A DNA stretch of 64,000 nt from Polyangiaceae bacterium (GTDB lineage: Bacteria > Myxococcota_A > Polyangia > Polyangiales > Polyangiaceae). The stretch is from NCBI GenBank assembly GCA_965222375.1, contig CBDCTZ010000016.1:448001-512000 (forward strand). The letters run 5' to 3'. Below, in pieces: positions 38,411-48,450 of the stretch. Under the pieces are notes generated by a model, which was given only the letters and a program-made list of their open reading frames with translations, had not been told where the DNA came from and did not search any database. The stretch's first letter is position 1. Every line of letters begins with the position of its first letter. The position numbers and the translations under genes are program-made.

Positions 38411-39883
38411 TCAGCCCAGCAACGCCATCCCGACTCCAGCACCCAGCAGCACCAAGAGCGCCACTACGACGAGCATCAGCAAGATGAATCCGGCGCTGAG
38501 CGTCGGTCGTGCGGGCCGACTCGCAACCTCCCTTTCGGGCATCCGCTCCTCGCGCTCACGTTCTTGCACGGAGACTATTGGCTGCTCGCGGTGTTCTCCT
38601 TCGGCGAGAGTCTCCGGAGAGCCGTGTCCCATCTCCGTGCCTGGTCCAGCGGCGGTTGGGGCAGGAGCCCCAGCAGATCGAAGCGTCTTGTCGCGGGGCG
38701 CACCTCCCTGTGCCGATGCTCGACGTCCGGCCCGTCCGACCCCCGGTTTCGCCTCGATGGGCTGCGTTGCGCCGACCCTCTTGACGCCCGGTTTTGCGCC
38801 ATTCAAACCCGTCGCAGCCGCGCTCCTCACGTGTTGTCTCGCTCCGCCCGCTCCGCTCGCTTTCGGCTCAGCCGATTGCGCTTCGGCCACCTTCGCTTCC
38901 GACCGCGGTCGGCTCAGCTGAGCCCGGGCAAACTCCGGATCGAACGTGGTGGTGACCATGGCGCCTGCTGGCTGACGCAGTGCGGATTCGATCTCTGACA
39001 GCGCAGCGTCAAATTCCGTGGCGGAGGCGTAGCGATCCTCGGGGTTCTTGGCAAGTGCTCGCATCACGACTACGTCGAGCTCCGGCGGAAACGGCTCGGA
39101 AGGATCAGCCAGCGCGGACGGAGGCCGGGCGGGTTCCCAGGCGTGAGCTGCGCGCAGCCCCTTCGCGCCTTTGCGGTCGAAGAACGGATCTTTCCCCACG
39201 AGCAACGCGTACAGGACGACGCCAGTGGAATAGACATCAGCGCGCACATCGACGACGGCGCCACGCGCCCCTTCGGGCGAGACGAACCGCGCCGTGCCGA
39301 TGAACGCGCCCTCTTCCGTCGGGATCACTGGAGGAGCCGGCGTCCGCGCGTGCACGTCAGCGAGGATCTTGGCGATTCCAAAATCGAGTACCTTGAGCAC
39401 AGCTCTTGGCGCCCCGGGGGCGGCGTGCAGGAACAGGTTCTCGAGCTTGACGTCGCGATGCACGACCCCGAGGGAGTGGACTGCGCTGAGCGCAGACAGC
39501 AGCTCTCGGGTCCGACCAATCGCTTCCAGGATCGGCAATCGACCGCGCGCGCGCAGCTCCGTCCCCAGGGTGCGCCCCTGCAGTAGTTCCATCACGAAGT
39601 AGGGCCGCTCGTCACCGAGCTTCCCAACGGTCGTAACGGCCACGATGTTCGGGTGCTCCAGCCGCGCCAGGGTTTGCGCCTCGACACGCATCCGATCCAG
39701 CAGCGCCGCATCCCCGGCGAATTCCTGATGGACGACCTTCGCGGCGAAGTGTTTGCCAAGCCGAAGGTGCTCGACTTCATAGACGAGACCCATGCCGCCT
39801 TCCGCCAACACGCGCACGCTGCGAAATGGTGTTCCCGCCCAGATATCGAAGGGCGCCGCGCCGGGCTCGGTCGTGTCGGCCAT
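38411..39883 (-). CDS. Ser/Thr protein kinase with C-terminal TM helix
   Basis: LAEGGMGLVY, AAK, HRDVKLEN, DFG, SPE, DVYSTG. Confidence 0.95.
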   Translation of the reverse strand: MADTTEPGAAPFDIWAGTPFRSVRVLAEGGMGLVYEVEHLRLGKHFAAKVVHQEFAGDAALLDRMRVEAQTLARLEHPNIVAVTTVGKLGDERPYFVMELLQGRTLGTELRARGRLPILEAIGRTRELLSALSAVHSLGVVHRDVKLENLFLHAAPGAPRAVLKVLDFGIAKILADVHARTPAPPVIPTEEGAFIGTARFVSPEGARGAVVDVRADVYSTGVVLYALLVGKDPFFDRKGAKGLRAAHAWEPARPPSALADPSEPFPPELDVVVMRALAKNPEDRYASATEFDAALSEIESALRQPAGAMVTTTFDPEFARAQLSRPRSEAKVAEAQSAEPKASGAGGARQHVRSAAATGLNGAKPGVKRVGATQPIEAKPGVGRAGRRASAQGGAPRDKTLRSAGAPAPTAAGPGTEMGHGSPETLAEGEHREQPIVSVQEREREERMPEREVASRPARPTLSAGFILLMLVVVALLVLLGAGVGMALLG

Positions 39884-40115
39884 CAAGCTCAGTATCCGCG
39901 ACGGCGCGAAGCCTCGGGGCCACAAAACACGCAGCCCGCGAAAAAGTCCGCAACCAGGGTGCGCTACGCGCCGACAAGATGGACTGTCCCGCTACAGCCC
40001 TGTGCGGCCGAACCGGGACACCGACGTTTTGACACGAAACTGCGCGAATACTGAGGACTCGCCCCAGTGGGCGAGGGCGGATAGAATGCATGGGCCACGA
40101 CGGGGAAAGGAGCAC

Positions 40116-42051
40116 ATGGCGAACGCAGCCACGGTAGTAGATCTCGACCAGCGGCGGCGCCGCCGGGCCGAGTATGCGCTTGCCGTGGGCAGCCGTGTTG
40201 GTCCGTACACGATCCAGCGGGTGATTGCCGAGGGTGGCTACGGCGACGTGTATGAGGCCAAGCACCGGGTTCTCGGGCGCCACGTCGCGCTCAAGATCCT
40301 CCAGGATCGCCACGCCGACCGCGATGATCTCCAGCGTCGGCTGGCGCAGGAAGCGCGAGTGTTTAGTGAGATCAAGAGCCCCTACATGGTTACGGTCTAC
40401 GACGCCGGCACCCTGGATGGTCGGGTCTGGATGGCCATGGAACTCGTGCCGGGGCGAACGCTGCGCGAAGAGCTGGTCGTCTCCGAGCCGCTGCCCGTTC
40501 TGCGTGCTCTGAACACCGCAGCGTGCATCGCATCCGGGGTTGGTGAAGCCCACGCCTTGCGGGTCGTGCACCGGGATCTGAAGCCCGAGAACGTCATGGT
40601 CACCCCCGACGGGCACATCGTGGTCCTCGATCTGGGTACAGCCAAGATCCTCAGCGACAAACGTGGCAAAGACACGCAGCGGGTGATGGGGACGCCGGCC
40701 TACATGTCCGTCGAGCACCTGCTCGGCCCCAAGGACGGGCTGCCAATCGATCAACGCACGGACGTGTATGCCGTTGCAGTGATGCTGTACGAAATGCTCT
40801 CGGGGTTTCACCCCTTCGCTTTCGATCGAACCCGCGGCGTCCTCCTTCCCCCGCCACACGTCATCCGGCGGGTCGTGGAGGCGCCCGTGGAACCGTTATG
40901 CGAAGTTGCGCCTCAGGTGCCAGACTACGTGGCGAGAATCGTCGAGAAGGGGCTTTCTCGGGATCGCGAACTTCGCCAGACCACGATGCAGGAGCTCGAG
41001 ACCGAATTGCGCCTGGCCGCCCGCTGGTTCGTGGAAGACCGTGCGCTGGCTGAGCGCCGCAACGAGGCAGCGGGGCGCGGCAATCCGGTCGCAGGGGCGG
41101 AACGCGGTTCAACGCTGGCTCACCGCCCTGTGCGCGCGGCCCCGGCGGGTAGCGACACCCACGAAGACGACGACGACACCGATCCGGACATGATGTGCCG
41201 GCCCCTGGAGGACGCAACGCTCGAGGAGCGCGGAGCACACGCAGTTACCGCGGATCCTGCGCGGGTGTTCGCACGGAGCGAGAGCGCCGGCTCGGCGCGT
41301 ATGGCAACCGAACGACTCCCTGATCCGGACCCGCCAATGCAGCAAGCGTCCACCGCGGCGCAGGTCTCGACGCGGACGGCACCGGCCCTGCGCGACAACA
41401 GCGCCGCGGCTCCTGGAGCTCTGCGACCGCCTAAATCTGGCCTCGCCGATCGCGCGATTCGGGCGCTGGCGCTCGTTGGCACAATGTTTGGTGGCGCCCT
41501 TGACTGGCTGAAGACGAACTTCGTCACGCTGCGTGGGCTGATCGCAAGCCGCCAAGTGCCCCGCAGCATGATCGTGGCGCCGGCCGCGGGTGCGTTGGTT
41601 GGACTGCTGGGAGCAGTGCTACTGAATCTGGTGCTGAAGCCGACCACCCACGCCGAGGCCGAGTCCGCCACGCAGTCCGCCAAGCAGGCCGCCTCGGCAT
41701 CACCCGAACCAGCCAAAGCAGCCAAGCAGCAAGCGCCGAGCACATCGTCGCCCGCCATCGTGGCTCGCCCCGCGGCGCCGCAAGCAGCCGTTTTCTCAGC
41801 CAAAACCAACCGCCAGCGTTCCCAAGCCGCCGGCGGCGCCCCCCACGCCCCGCAAGGCGGCAAAAACCACCCGCCCGGCTCCTGAACCGAAGCTGCTTTT
41901 TCCCAGCAACACGCCGCGCCACTCGGCGGACGAACTACTAGTACCAAACAAGACCGGCTCACGCGCCGCTGCGGCGCCCAAATCAACTGCTACGTCCAAG
42001 AAACCAAGCGAGAAGGACGCCCCATTGTTCCCCAGCGACCCCATTTTCTAG
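40116..42051 (+). CDS. Ser/Thr protein kinase with TM helix and Pro-rich tail; apparent frameshift in T4 at 41791-41794 (ends at 41885 as given)
   Basis: RBS aaggag; EGGYGDVY, ALK, HRDLKPEN, DLG. The shifted frame continues PKPTASVPKPP...APLFPSDPIF* to 42051, 18 bp before the next gene. Confidence 0.9.
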
Positions 42052-42069
42052 CCGCCACATTTTTGGACA

Positions 42070-42975
42070 ATGACAAAAGACGATCAACAGCCCGAGCACT
42101 CCCAGGTGCAACGCAGTTCAGACCCGGACAGCGGAGGGGAAGCGCGCGTGATCAACAAGGGCAAAAGAAACTCAGCGTTCAAGCTGCGGGCAAACACGAT
42201 CGATCCCAAGTTGGCGCGCGACTTCCATGCCGGCAACCAGGAGAAGGAGGCGCTTGCCGCGCGAGATACGATTGCGGATCCCCCGCGCGCCGAGCCGGTG
42301 GACCAGGACGCGGCGGCGCCAGCGAGCAAGACCACGGCGCCGACCCCGACCGCGGGCTCGGTCACGGCGCCGACCCCGACCTCGGACGCGGACGACACGA
42401 TCGTGGATCCAACTGAGGCAGAGCGAGCAAGTGAGCCAACGTCGCCGCCGGCCAGCGATGACGCCACACCCGTGCCTCCGATCACGGCGGCGGATGGAGC
42501 GCAGGACTCGCAGCCGCGCCAGTCTCGCGCGGGTTGGAGGGTCGCCAGCGTGCTGCTCGCGGTGTGCGTCGCTCTCGTCGTGTTGTTCTTCTATGTGAAG
42601 AGGCCAACCGCCACGGATCACCCGGCGGAAACCACGGTCAGCCCGCCGGCTGCGGCGCAGACGGCAAAGACGGCGAAGCCAGCAACAACGTCACCCGTTC
42701 GGGGAGCCGGAAGCGCGTCAACCGCTGCCGCGGTGGTGCCAGTGACGACGAGCGCTGAGCCGAAGGCCCCCACACCCGCGACTGCAGAAACGCCGGCGCC
42801 AGCTATTCCGAATCCGCCCGCGCCAAAGAAGAAGGCTGCGCCCAAGCCCGCGGCTGCGCCCGTGGCGAAACCGCATGTGCCAAGCAAGGCGAAACCTGCT
42901 CCCAAGCCCGCGCCTGCTTCGTCGGGAGCTTCGGGGAAGCTGCCCTCCGGATTCAACAACAAGATACCCTTCTGA
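42070..42975 (+). CDS. Single-pass membrane protein, Pro/Ala-rich, resembling a kinase tail without a kinase domain
   Basis: Acidic/Pro-rich N-part, TM VLLAVCVALVVLFFYV, Pro/Lys-rich C-part ending KIPF. Confidence 0.7.
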   Translation: MTKDDQQPEHSQVQRSSDPDSGGEARVINKGKRNSAFKLRANTIDPKLARDFHAGNQEKEALAARDTIADPPRAEPVDQDAAAPASKTTAPTPTAGSVTAPTPTSDADDTIVDPTEAERASEPTSPPASDDATPVPPITAADGAQDSQPRQSRAGWRVASVLLAVCVALVVLFFYVKRPTATDHPAETTVSPPAAAQTAKTAKPATTSPVRGAGSASTAAAVVPVTTSAEPKAPTPATAETPAPAIPNPPAPKKKAAPKPAAAPVAKPHVPSKAKPAPKPAPASSGASGKLPSGFNNKIPF

Positions 42976-42977
42976 CC

Positions 42978-44006
42978 ATGTTGCAACGCATCGTACTTGC
43001 GCTCTCCTTCCTTTTGTTGACCGCCCCGGCGCGCGCGCAGGACGAGGCAGCTGAGGCTCGGGCAAAAATGGCCGAGGGGAATGCCGCGGTGAAACGCGGA
43101 GACTTTGCCGCGGCGGTCGTGGCGTACAAGGCGGCCTACGTCATCAAACAGCACCCGGTGGTGTTGCAGAATTTGGGGATGGCAGAAATCCACGCGGAGC
43201 AGTTTGTCGAGGGCGCGCGCCACTTGGCGAAGCTCCTGGCGAGTGGCGAAACGATAGACGACCGCAAGACGGTCGAGAAGTTCTTCGCAAAAGCTGAGGA
43301 CCGGGTGGGCCGAATTGAGATCAAAGTGAACACACCCGGAGCCGAGGTAGCTGTCGGCGGCGACGTTGTAGGACGCTCGCCACTGAGGACCGCGTGGCAC
43401 GTGCGGCCCGGAAAGCATCGTGTGGAGGCGCGGCTTGACGGGTATGTGACGGCAAGCGAGTTCGTTGGCGCGGCTGCAGGCGCTAGCGTGGCGGTGGAGT
43501 TGAAGCTGGTGCCCGAAACGGCGAGCGCGACGCCGGCCGCGGGCGCGGGAGGCGCTGCCGGCACAGGAGGCGCTGCCGGCGCAGGAGGCGCATCGCCCAA
43601 CGGAGACGGCAACGCAAGCTCCGACAGCACACGCACCATCGTGCTCGTTGGCGGCGCGGCGTTGACCGCTGTTTCCGCTGCGGTCGCGGTGGGATTCACC
43701 ATTGCGAAGGGAAACGCGAAGGATGATGCCGATGCGCTCCACGCGGAAACGACTCGAGACCTTGGTGCGGACAACTGCCAAGTTGGGATCAAGGCGTGTG
43801 ACGAGCTGATGGATGCCAACAAGCGCGGCAGGCGGGCCGAGACCCTTTCGACAATCGGCTTCGTAGGAGTTGGTGTCGGGTTGGCGGCGCTCGCCACCGC
43901 GTTGCTGTGGCCGTCACAGACGAAGGACTCGAGCACGACGGCAGTGCGCGTCGGTGGAGCCGCGAGTCAATCGAGCATTCACATGTCGCTCGGTGGCGCT
44001 TTTTGA
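42978..44006 (+). CDS. TPR-PEGA domain protein
   Basis: Signal peptide ending ARA; TPR; PEGA (NTPGAEVAVGG...GRSPL...VRPGKHRVEARLDGY); hydrophobic C-part ending GGAF. Confidence 0.88.
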   Translation: MLQRIVLALSFLLLTAPARAQDEAAEARAKMAEGNAAVKRGDFAAAVVAYKAAYVIKQHPVVLQNLGMAEIHAEQFVEGARHLAKLLASGETIDDRKTVEKFFAKAEDRVGRIEIKVNTPGAEVAVGGDVVGRSPLRTAWHVRPGKHRVEARLDGYVTASEFVGAAAGASVAVELKLVPETASATPAAGAGGAAGTGGAAGAGGASPNGDGNASSDSTRTIVLVGGAALTAVSAAVAVGFTIAKGNAKDDADALHAETTRDLGADNCQVGIKACDELMDANKRGRRAETLSTIGFVGVGVGLAALATALLWPSQTKDSSTTAVRVGGAASQSSIHMSLGGAF

Positions 44007-44021
44007 TTCGGGAGAAACACG

Positions 44022-45572
44022 ATGCGAAGCTTTTCATTGGTGCGTGCCTTGACTTTGTCTATCGGGTCTGTCGGGTTCCTTGCCCTGGGCTGTAGCAGCG
44101 GCGACTTCGATGGGTGCAAAGCCGACAACAACTGCAACGGCGGAGCCGGCGGCACTTCCGGCGACTCGGGGGTGGGAGGCAGCTCGGGGGCGAGCGGGAC
44201 GGGGGGCACTTCGGGCACTTCGGGCACAGGGGGCAGCGGGGGCGACAGTGGCACGTGTGACACATCGAAGTCGCCCAGCGAAGAGGCGTGTCTCGTCACG
44301 GACAAGTACGCCATCTTTGTGAGCCCGGTGGGTTCAGATGGGGGGAGTGGGACGAAGAGCGCGCCGGTGCAGAGCTGGGAAAAGGCGCTTTCGCTGGGTA
44401 AGGCGGCGGGCAAACTCGTCATTGCGTGCAATGACGAGTTCACCACTCCCGTCAGCCTGACGAGCGCGCACAGCGGGGGCAAGTTGTACGGTGGTTTCAA
44501 ATGCAGCGACTGGAGCTACGAGGCGGCTAAGAAGACGAAGCTGGCTCCAAGTGCGGAGGGCGTAGCGCTGTCTTTGGATGGGGTGGTGGGTTTCCACGCC
44601 GAGGACGTCATCATCGAAGCGCGGGACGCCACGACGCCGGGGGCTTCGAGCATTGCGATGTTTGCGAAGGGTTCGGGGGGGGTGACGCTGAGGCGGGTGG
44701 AGCTGAGGGCCGGCAAGGGCGGCGATGGCGCGAAGGGGGTGGTGGTGCCGTTTACCTATCCGAAGCAGACCGACCTCAATGGCAATGATGCGAGCGGGAC
44801 GACGGGGGGCAAGCTGAAGACCTGGAACTGTCCCGGCGGAATGACGACGATTGGGGGCAAGGGCGGGGATGGCATCATGCCAAGCGGTCAGGCTGGGACT
44901 GTGGGTGGACCCGATCACGGTGGTGGGCAGCCTGGGCAGCCTGGCAGTTGTGCGGGGACGGGCACGGGCAAAGACGGCGCCACCCCCCCCGCCACGCCCG
45001 CCGCCGCAGGCGCGACCGCGCTGGGCACCCTCACCTCCGCCGGCTGGGCGCCGGCCAACGGCACGGACGGCGCCACGGGCTCGCCAGGTCAAGGAGGCGG
45101 CGGAGGCGCGAGCACTGCCACGGCCGGCGGTGGCGGCGGCGGAGCCGGGGGCTGTGGGGGAGCGGGCGGCCCCGGTGGCCAGGGCGGAGGCGCGAGCATC
45201 GCGCTGCTGCTGCTCGATACGCCCATCATGTTGGACGCCAGCGTGACGCTCACCACCAAGGACGCGGGTAAGGGCGGCGATGGCGTGGTGGGGCAAGGGG
45301 GGCAGGTGATATTCGGATTCAAGGGGAACGGGGCGGGCGGCGCATGCCAAGGTGGCAACGGCGCTCCGGGGGCTGACGGTGGAGCGGGCGGAGGGGCGGC
45401 TGGCGGGGTGAGCGTCGCGGTATTGTGGAAGGGCGCGGCAGCCATGGCGCCGGTGGTCGACACTGGGACGGCGGTGAGCCTCGGCGCCAAGGGCGCCAAG
45501 GGCATCGGCGGCAAAGCGGGCAGCAACGACGGTATCGACGGCGTGGCGCAGGACGTGGTGGAGGTGAAGTGA
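44022..45572 (+). CDS. PGRS-like Gly-rich lipoprotein, copy 1
   Basis: Lipobox ALGC; IFVSPVGSD..GTKSAPVQS (DUF1565-like start), LYGGF, long Gly-rich repeats. Confidence 0.85.
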   Translation: MRSFSLVRALTLSIGSVGFLALGCSSGDFDGCKADNNCNGGAGGTSGDSGVGGSSGASGTGGTSGTSGTGGSGGDSGTCDTSKSPSEEACLVTDKYAIFVSPVGSDGGSGTKSAPVQSWEKALSLGKAAGKLVIACNDEFTTPVSLTSAHSGGKLYGGFKCSDWSYEAAKKTKLAPSAEGVALSLDGVVGFHAEDVIIEARDATTPGASSIAMFAKGSGGVTLRRVELRAGKGGDGAKGVVVPFTYPKQTDLNGNDASGTTGGKLKTWNCPGGMTTIGGKGGDGIMPSGQAGTVGGPDHGGGQPGQPGSCAGTGTGKDGATPPATPAAAGATALGTLTSAGWAPANGTDGATGSPGQGGGGGASTATAGGGGGGAGGCGGAGGPGGQGGGASIALLLLDTPIMLDASVTLTTKDAGKGGDGVVGQGGQVIFGFKGNGAGGACQGGNGAPGADGGAGGGAAGGVSVAVLWKGAAAMAPVVDTGTAVSLGAKGAKGIGGKAGSNDGIDGVAQDVVEVK

Positions 45573-47137
45573 TCATTTTCGGCCAGCTGCCCGCAGAGCG
45601 AGTACGACGAGCACGAGCACGAGTACGACGACGAGCACGAGCACGAGTACGAGTACGAGTACGAGTAGGATGGTTGGCGGCGGCAAGCGTGGGGGCGCTT
45701 GCGCTCACGGTCGGTTGTGGTGGGGAGGATTTCGACCGGGCAGCGACGGGCGGAGCTGGAGGCAGCTCGGGCACGAGCGGCACGGGGGGCACTTCGGGCA
45801 CGGGCGGCAGCGGGGGCGATGGCGGCACGTGTGACACATCGAAGTCGCCGAGCGAAGAGGGGTGCTTGGTCACGGACGAGCACGCCATCTTCGTTTCTCC
45901 GAGTGGGAGCGACGGCGCTGATGGCTCCAAGTCGACGCCGGTGCAGAGCTGGGAAAAAGCGCTTGTGCTGGGCAAGGCGGCGGGCAAAATCGTCATCGCG
46001 TGCAATGATGAGTTCACCTCGCCGGTGGCGCTGACGAGCGCGCACAGTGGGGGCAAGCTGTATGGCGGTTTCAAATGCAGCGACTGGAGCTACGAGGCGG
46101 CTAAGAAGACGAAGCTGGCTCCAAGTGCGGAGGGCGTAGCGCTGTCTTTGGATGGGGCTATCGGTTTCCACGCCGAGGACGTCATCATCGAAGCGCGGGA
46201 CGCCACGACGCCGGGGGCTTCGAGCATTGCGATGTTTGCGAAGGGTTCAAGTGGGGTGACGCTGCGGCGAGTCGACTTGAAGGCGGGCAAGGGCGCCGAT
46301 GGCGCCAAGGGCACGCTGGCGCCGTTTACCTATCCGAAGCAGACCGACCTCAATGGCAATGATGCGAGCGGGGCGACGGGGGGCGGACCGCAGCCCGTGA
46401 CTTGTCCGGGTGGTGCGAAGACCACGGGGGGGATTGGGGGTTCAGCGCCCACGCAGGCCGGCGGCCTGGGACAACCGAATCACGGCGCGGGAAAAGGCGG
46501 AAGTCCGGGCTCGTGTCTTGGTACGGGGACAGGACAGAACGGCGCCACGCCCCCCGCCACTCCATCAGCCGCCGGCGCAAACTCGCTGGGCGCGCTCTCC
46601 TCTACCGGTTGGACGCCAGCCAACGGCACGGACGGCGCCACGGGCTCGCCAGGTCAAGGAGGCGGCGGAGGCGCGAGCACTGCCACGGCCGGCGGTGGCG
46701 GCGGCGGAGCCGGGGGCTGTGGGGGAGCGGGCGGCCCCGGTGGCCAGGGCGGAGGCGCGAGCATCGCGCTGCTGCTGCTCGATACGCCCATCATGTTGGA
46801 CGCCAGCGTGACGCTCACCACCAAGGACGCGGGTAAGGGCGGCGATGGCGTGGTGGGGCAAGGGGGGCAGGTGATATTCGGATTCAAGGGGAACGGGGCG
46901 GGCGGCGCATGCCAAGGTGGCAACGGCGCTCCGGGGGCTGACGGTGGAGCGGGCGGAGGGGCGGCTGGCGGGGTGAGCGTCGCGGTATTGTGGAAGGGCG
47001 CGGCAGCCATGGCGCCGGTGGTCGACACTGGGACGGCGGTGAGCCTCGGCGCCAAGGGCGCCAAGGGTGCCGGTGGCAAGGCCGGCAGCAATGACGGCAT
47101 CGACGGCGTGGCGCAGGACGTGGTGGAGGTGAAGTGA
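45569..47137 (+). CDS. PGRS-like Gly-rich lipoprotein, copy 2
   Basis: GTGA overlap with the copy 1 stop; Arg-rich leader, lipobox TVGC; paralogous to copy 1. Confidence 0.8.
   Translation: MIIFGQLPAERVRRARARVRRRARARVRVRVRVGWLAAASVGALALTVGCGGEDFDRAATGGAGGSSGTSGTGGTSGTGGSGGDGGTCDTSKSPSEEGCLVTDEHAIFVSPSGSDGADGSKSTPVQSWEKALVLGKAAGKIVIACNDEFTSPVALTSAHSGGKLYGGFKCSDWSYEAAKKTKLAPSAEGVALSLDGAIGFHAEDVIIEARDATTPGASSIAMFAKGSSGVTLRRVDLKAGKGADGAKGTLAPFTYPKQTDLNGNDASGATGGGPQPVTCPGGAKTTGGIGGSAPTQAGGLGQPNHGAGKGGSPGSCLGTGTGQNGATPPATPSAAGANSLGALSSTGWTPANGTDGATGSPGQGGGGGASTATAGGGGGGAGGCGGAGGPGGQGGGASIALLLLDTPIMLDASVTLTTKDAGKGGDGVVGQGGQVIFGFKGNGAGGACQGGNGAPGADGGAGGGAAGGVSVAVLWKGAAAMAPVVDTGTAVSLGAKGAKGAGGKAGSNDGIDGVAQDVVEVK
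45596..45667 (+). repeat. CGAGTA/CGAGCA/CGA hexamer microsatellite in the copy 2 leader
   Basis: Encodes ERVRRARARVRRRARARVRVRVRV. Confidence 0.9.
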
Positions 47138-48271
47138 TCATTTTCGGCCAGCTGCCCGCAGAGCGAGTACGACGAGCACGAGCACGAGTACGACGACGAG
47201 CACGAGCACGAGTACGAGTAGGATGGTTGGCGGCGGCAAGCGTGGGGGCGCTTGCGCTCACGGTCGGTTGTGGTGGGGAATGGCAATGATGCGAGTGGGG
47301 CGACGGGGGGCAAGCTCAAGAGCCACACGTGTCCGGGGGGAATGACGACGATTGGGGGCATTGGCGGTAGCGCGGCTCCAGGCGGGCAAAACGGAACTGA
47401 TGGGCAGCCACCATTGGGCGGACTAGGCGCCAAGGGCGCGGTGGTGCCGTTTACCTTTCCGAAACAGGCGGACCTGAATGGCAATGATGCGAGTGGGGCG
47501 ACGGGGGGCAAGCTCAAGAGCCACACGTGTCCGGGGGGAATGACGACGATTGGGGGCATTGGCGGTAGCGCGGCTCCAGGCGGGCAAAACGGAACTGATG
47601 GGCAGCCACCATTGGGCGGAGGGCAGGGCGGCGACAAATCTAAGGTCTGTGGCGCGGGAGGTGGGGGTCTGCCCGGCGCCACCCCCCCCGCCACGCCCGC
47701 CGCCGCAGGCGCCACCACCCTCGGCACCCTCACCTCCACCGGTTGGACGCCAGCCAACGGCACGGACGGCGCCACGGGCTCGCCAGGTCAAGGAGGCGGC
47801 GGAGGCGCGAGCACTGCCACGGCCGGCGGTGGCGGCGGCGGAGCCGGGGGCTGTGGGGGAGCGGGCGGCCCCGGTGGCCAGGGCGGAGGCGCGAGCATCG
47901 CGCTGCTGCTGCTCGACACACCGCTGACGCTGGACGCCACCATCACGCTCACCACCAAGGACGCGGGTAAGGGCGGCGATGGCGTGGTGGGGCAGGCCGG
48001 GCAGGTGGAGTTTGGGTTCAACGGCGTGGGCACGCCGCCAGCATGCCAAGGTGGCAACGGCGCTCCGGGGGCTGACGGTGGAGCGGGCGGAGGGGCGGCT
48101 GGCGGGGTGAGCGTCGCGGTATTGTGGAAGGGCGCGGCAGCCATGGCGCCGGTGGTCGACACTGGGACGGCGGTGAGCCTCGGCGCCAAGGGCGCCAAGG
48201 GCATCGGCGGCAAAGCGGGCAGCAACGACGGTATCGACGGCGTGGCGCAGGACGTGGTGGAGGTGAAGTGA
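47134..48271 (+). pseudogene. PGRS-like lipoprotein copy 3, rearranged (N-domain missing, 145-bp internal duplication, frameshift)
   Basis: Same leader as copy 2 but its frame stops at 47287-47289; 47278-47422 is identical to 47476-47620. Confidence 0.7.
47161..47220 (+). repeat. Hexamer microsatellite in the copy 3 leader, 12 bp shorter than in copy 2
   Basis: Encodes ERVRRARARVRRRARARVRV. Confidence 0.9.
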
Positions 48272-48450
48272 GGCCGCTCCGCCCCGCCGCCGCCTTGCGT
48301 CATGCAGCCTCGTTGCACGGCGCCAGGTGAAGTGAGGTACACTCATGCGCGGATGAAAGATTGGCGCTGTCCATCGCAACCAAATCGCGATCGGCAAAGC
48401 CGGCCCGGAAGGCTAGGCAGCAAGTGAAAGATCCCGATCTACCGAGCTCC

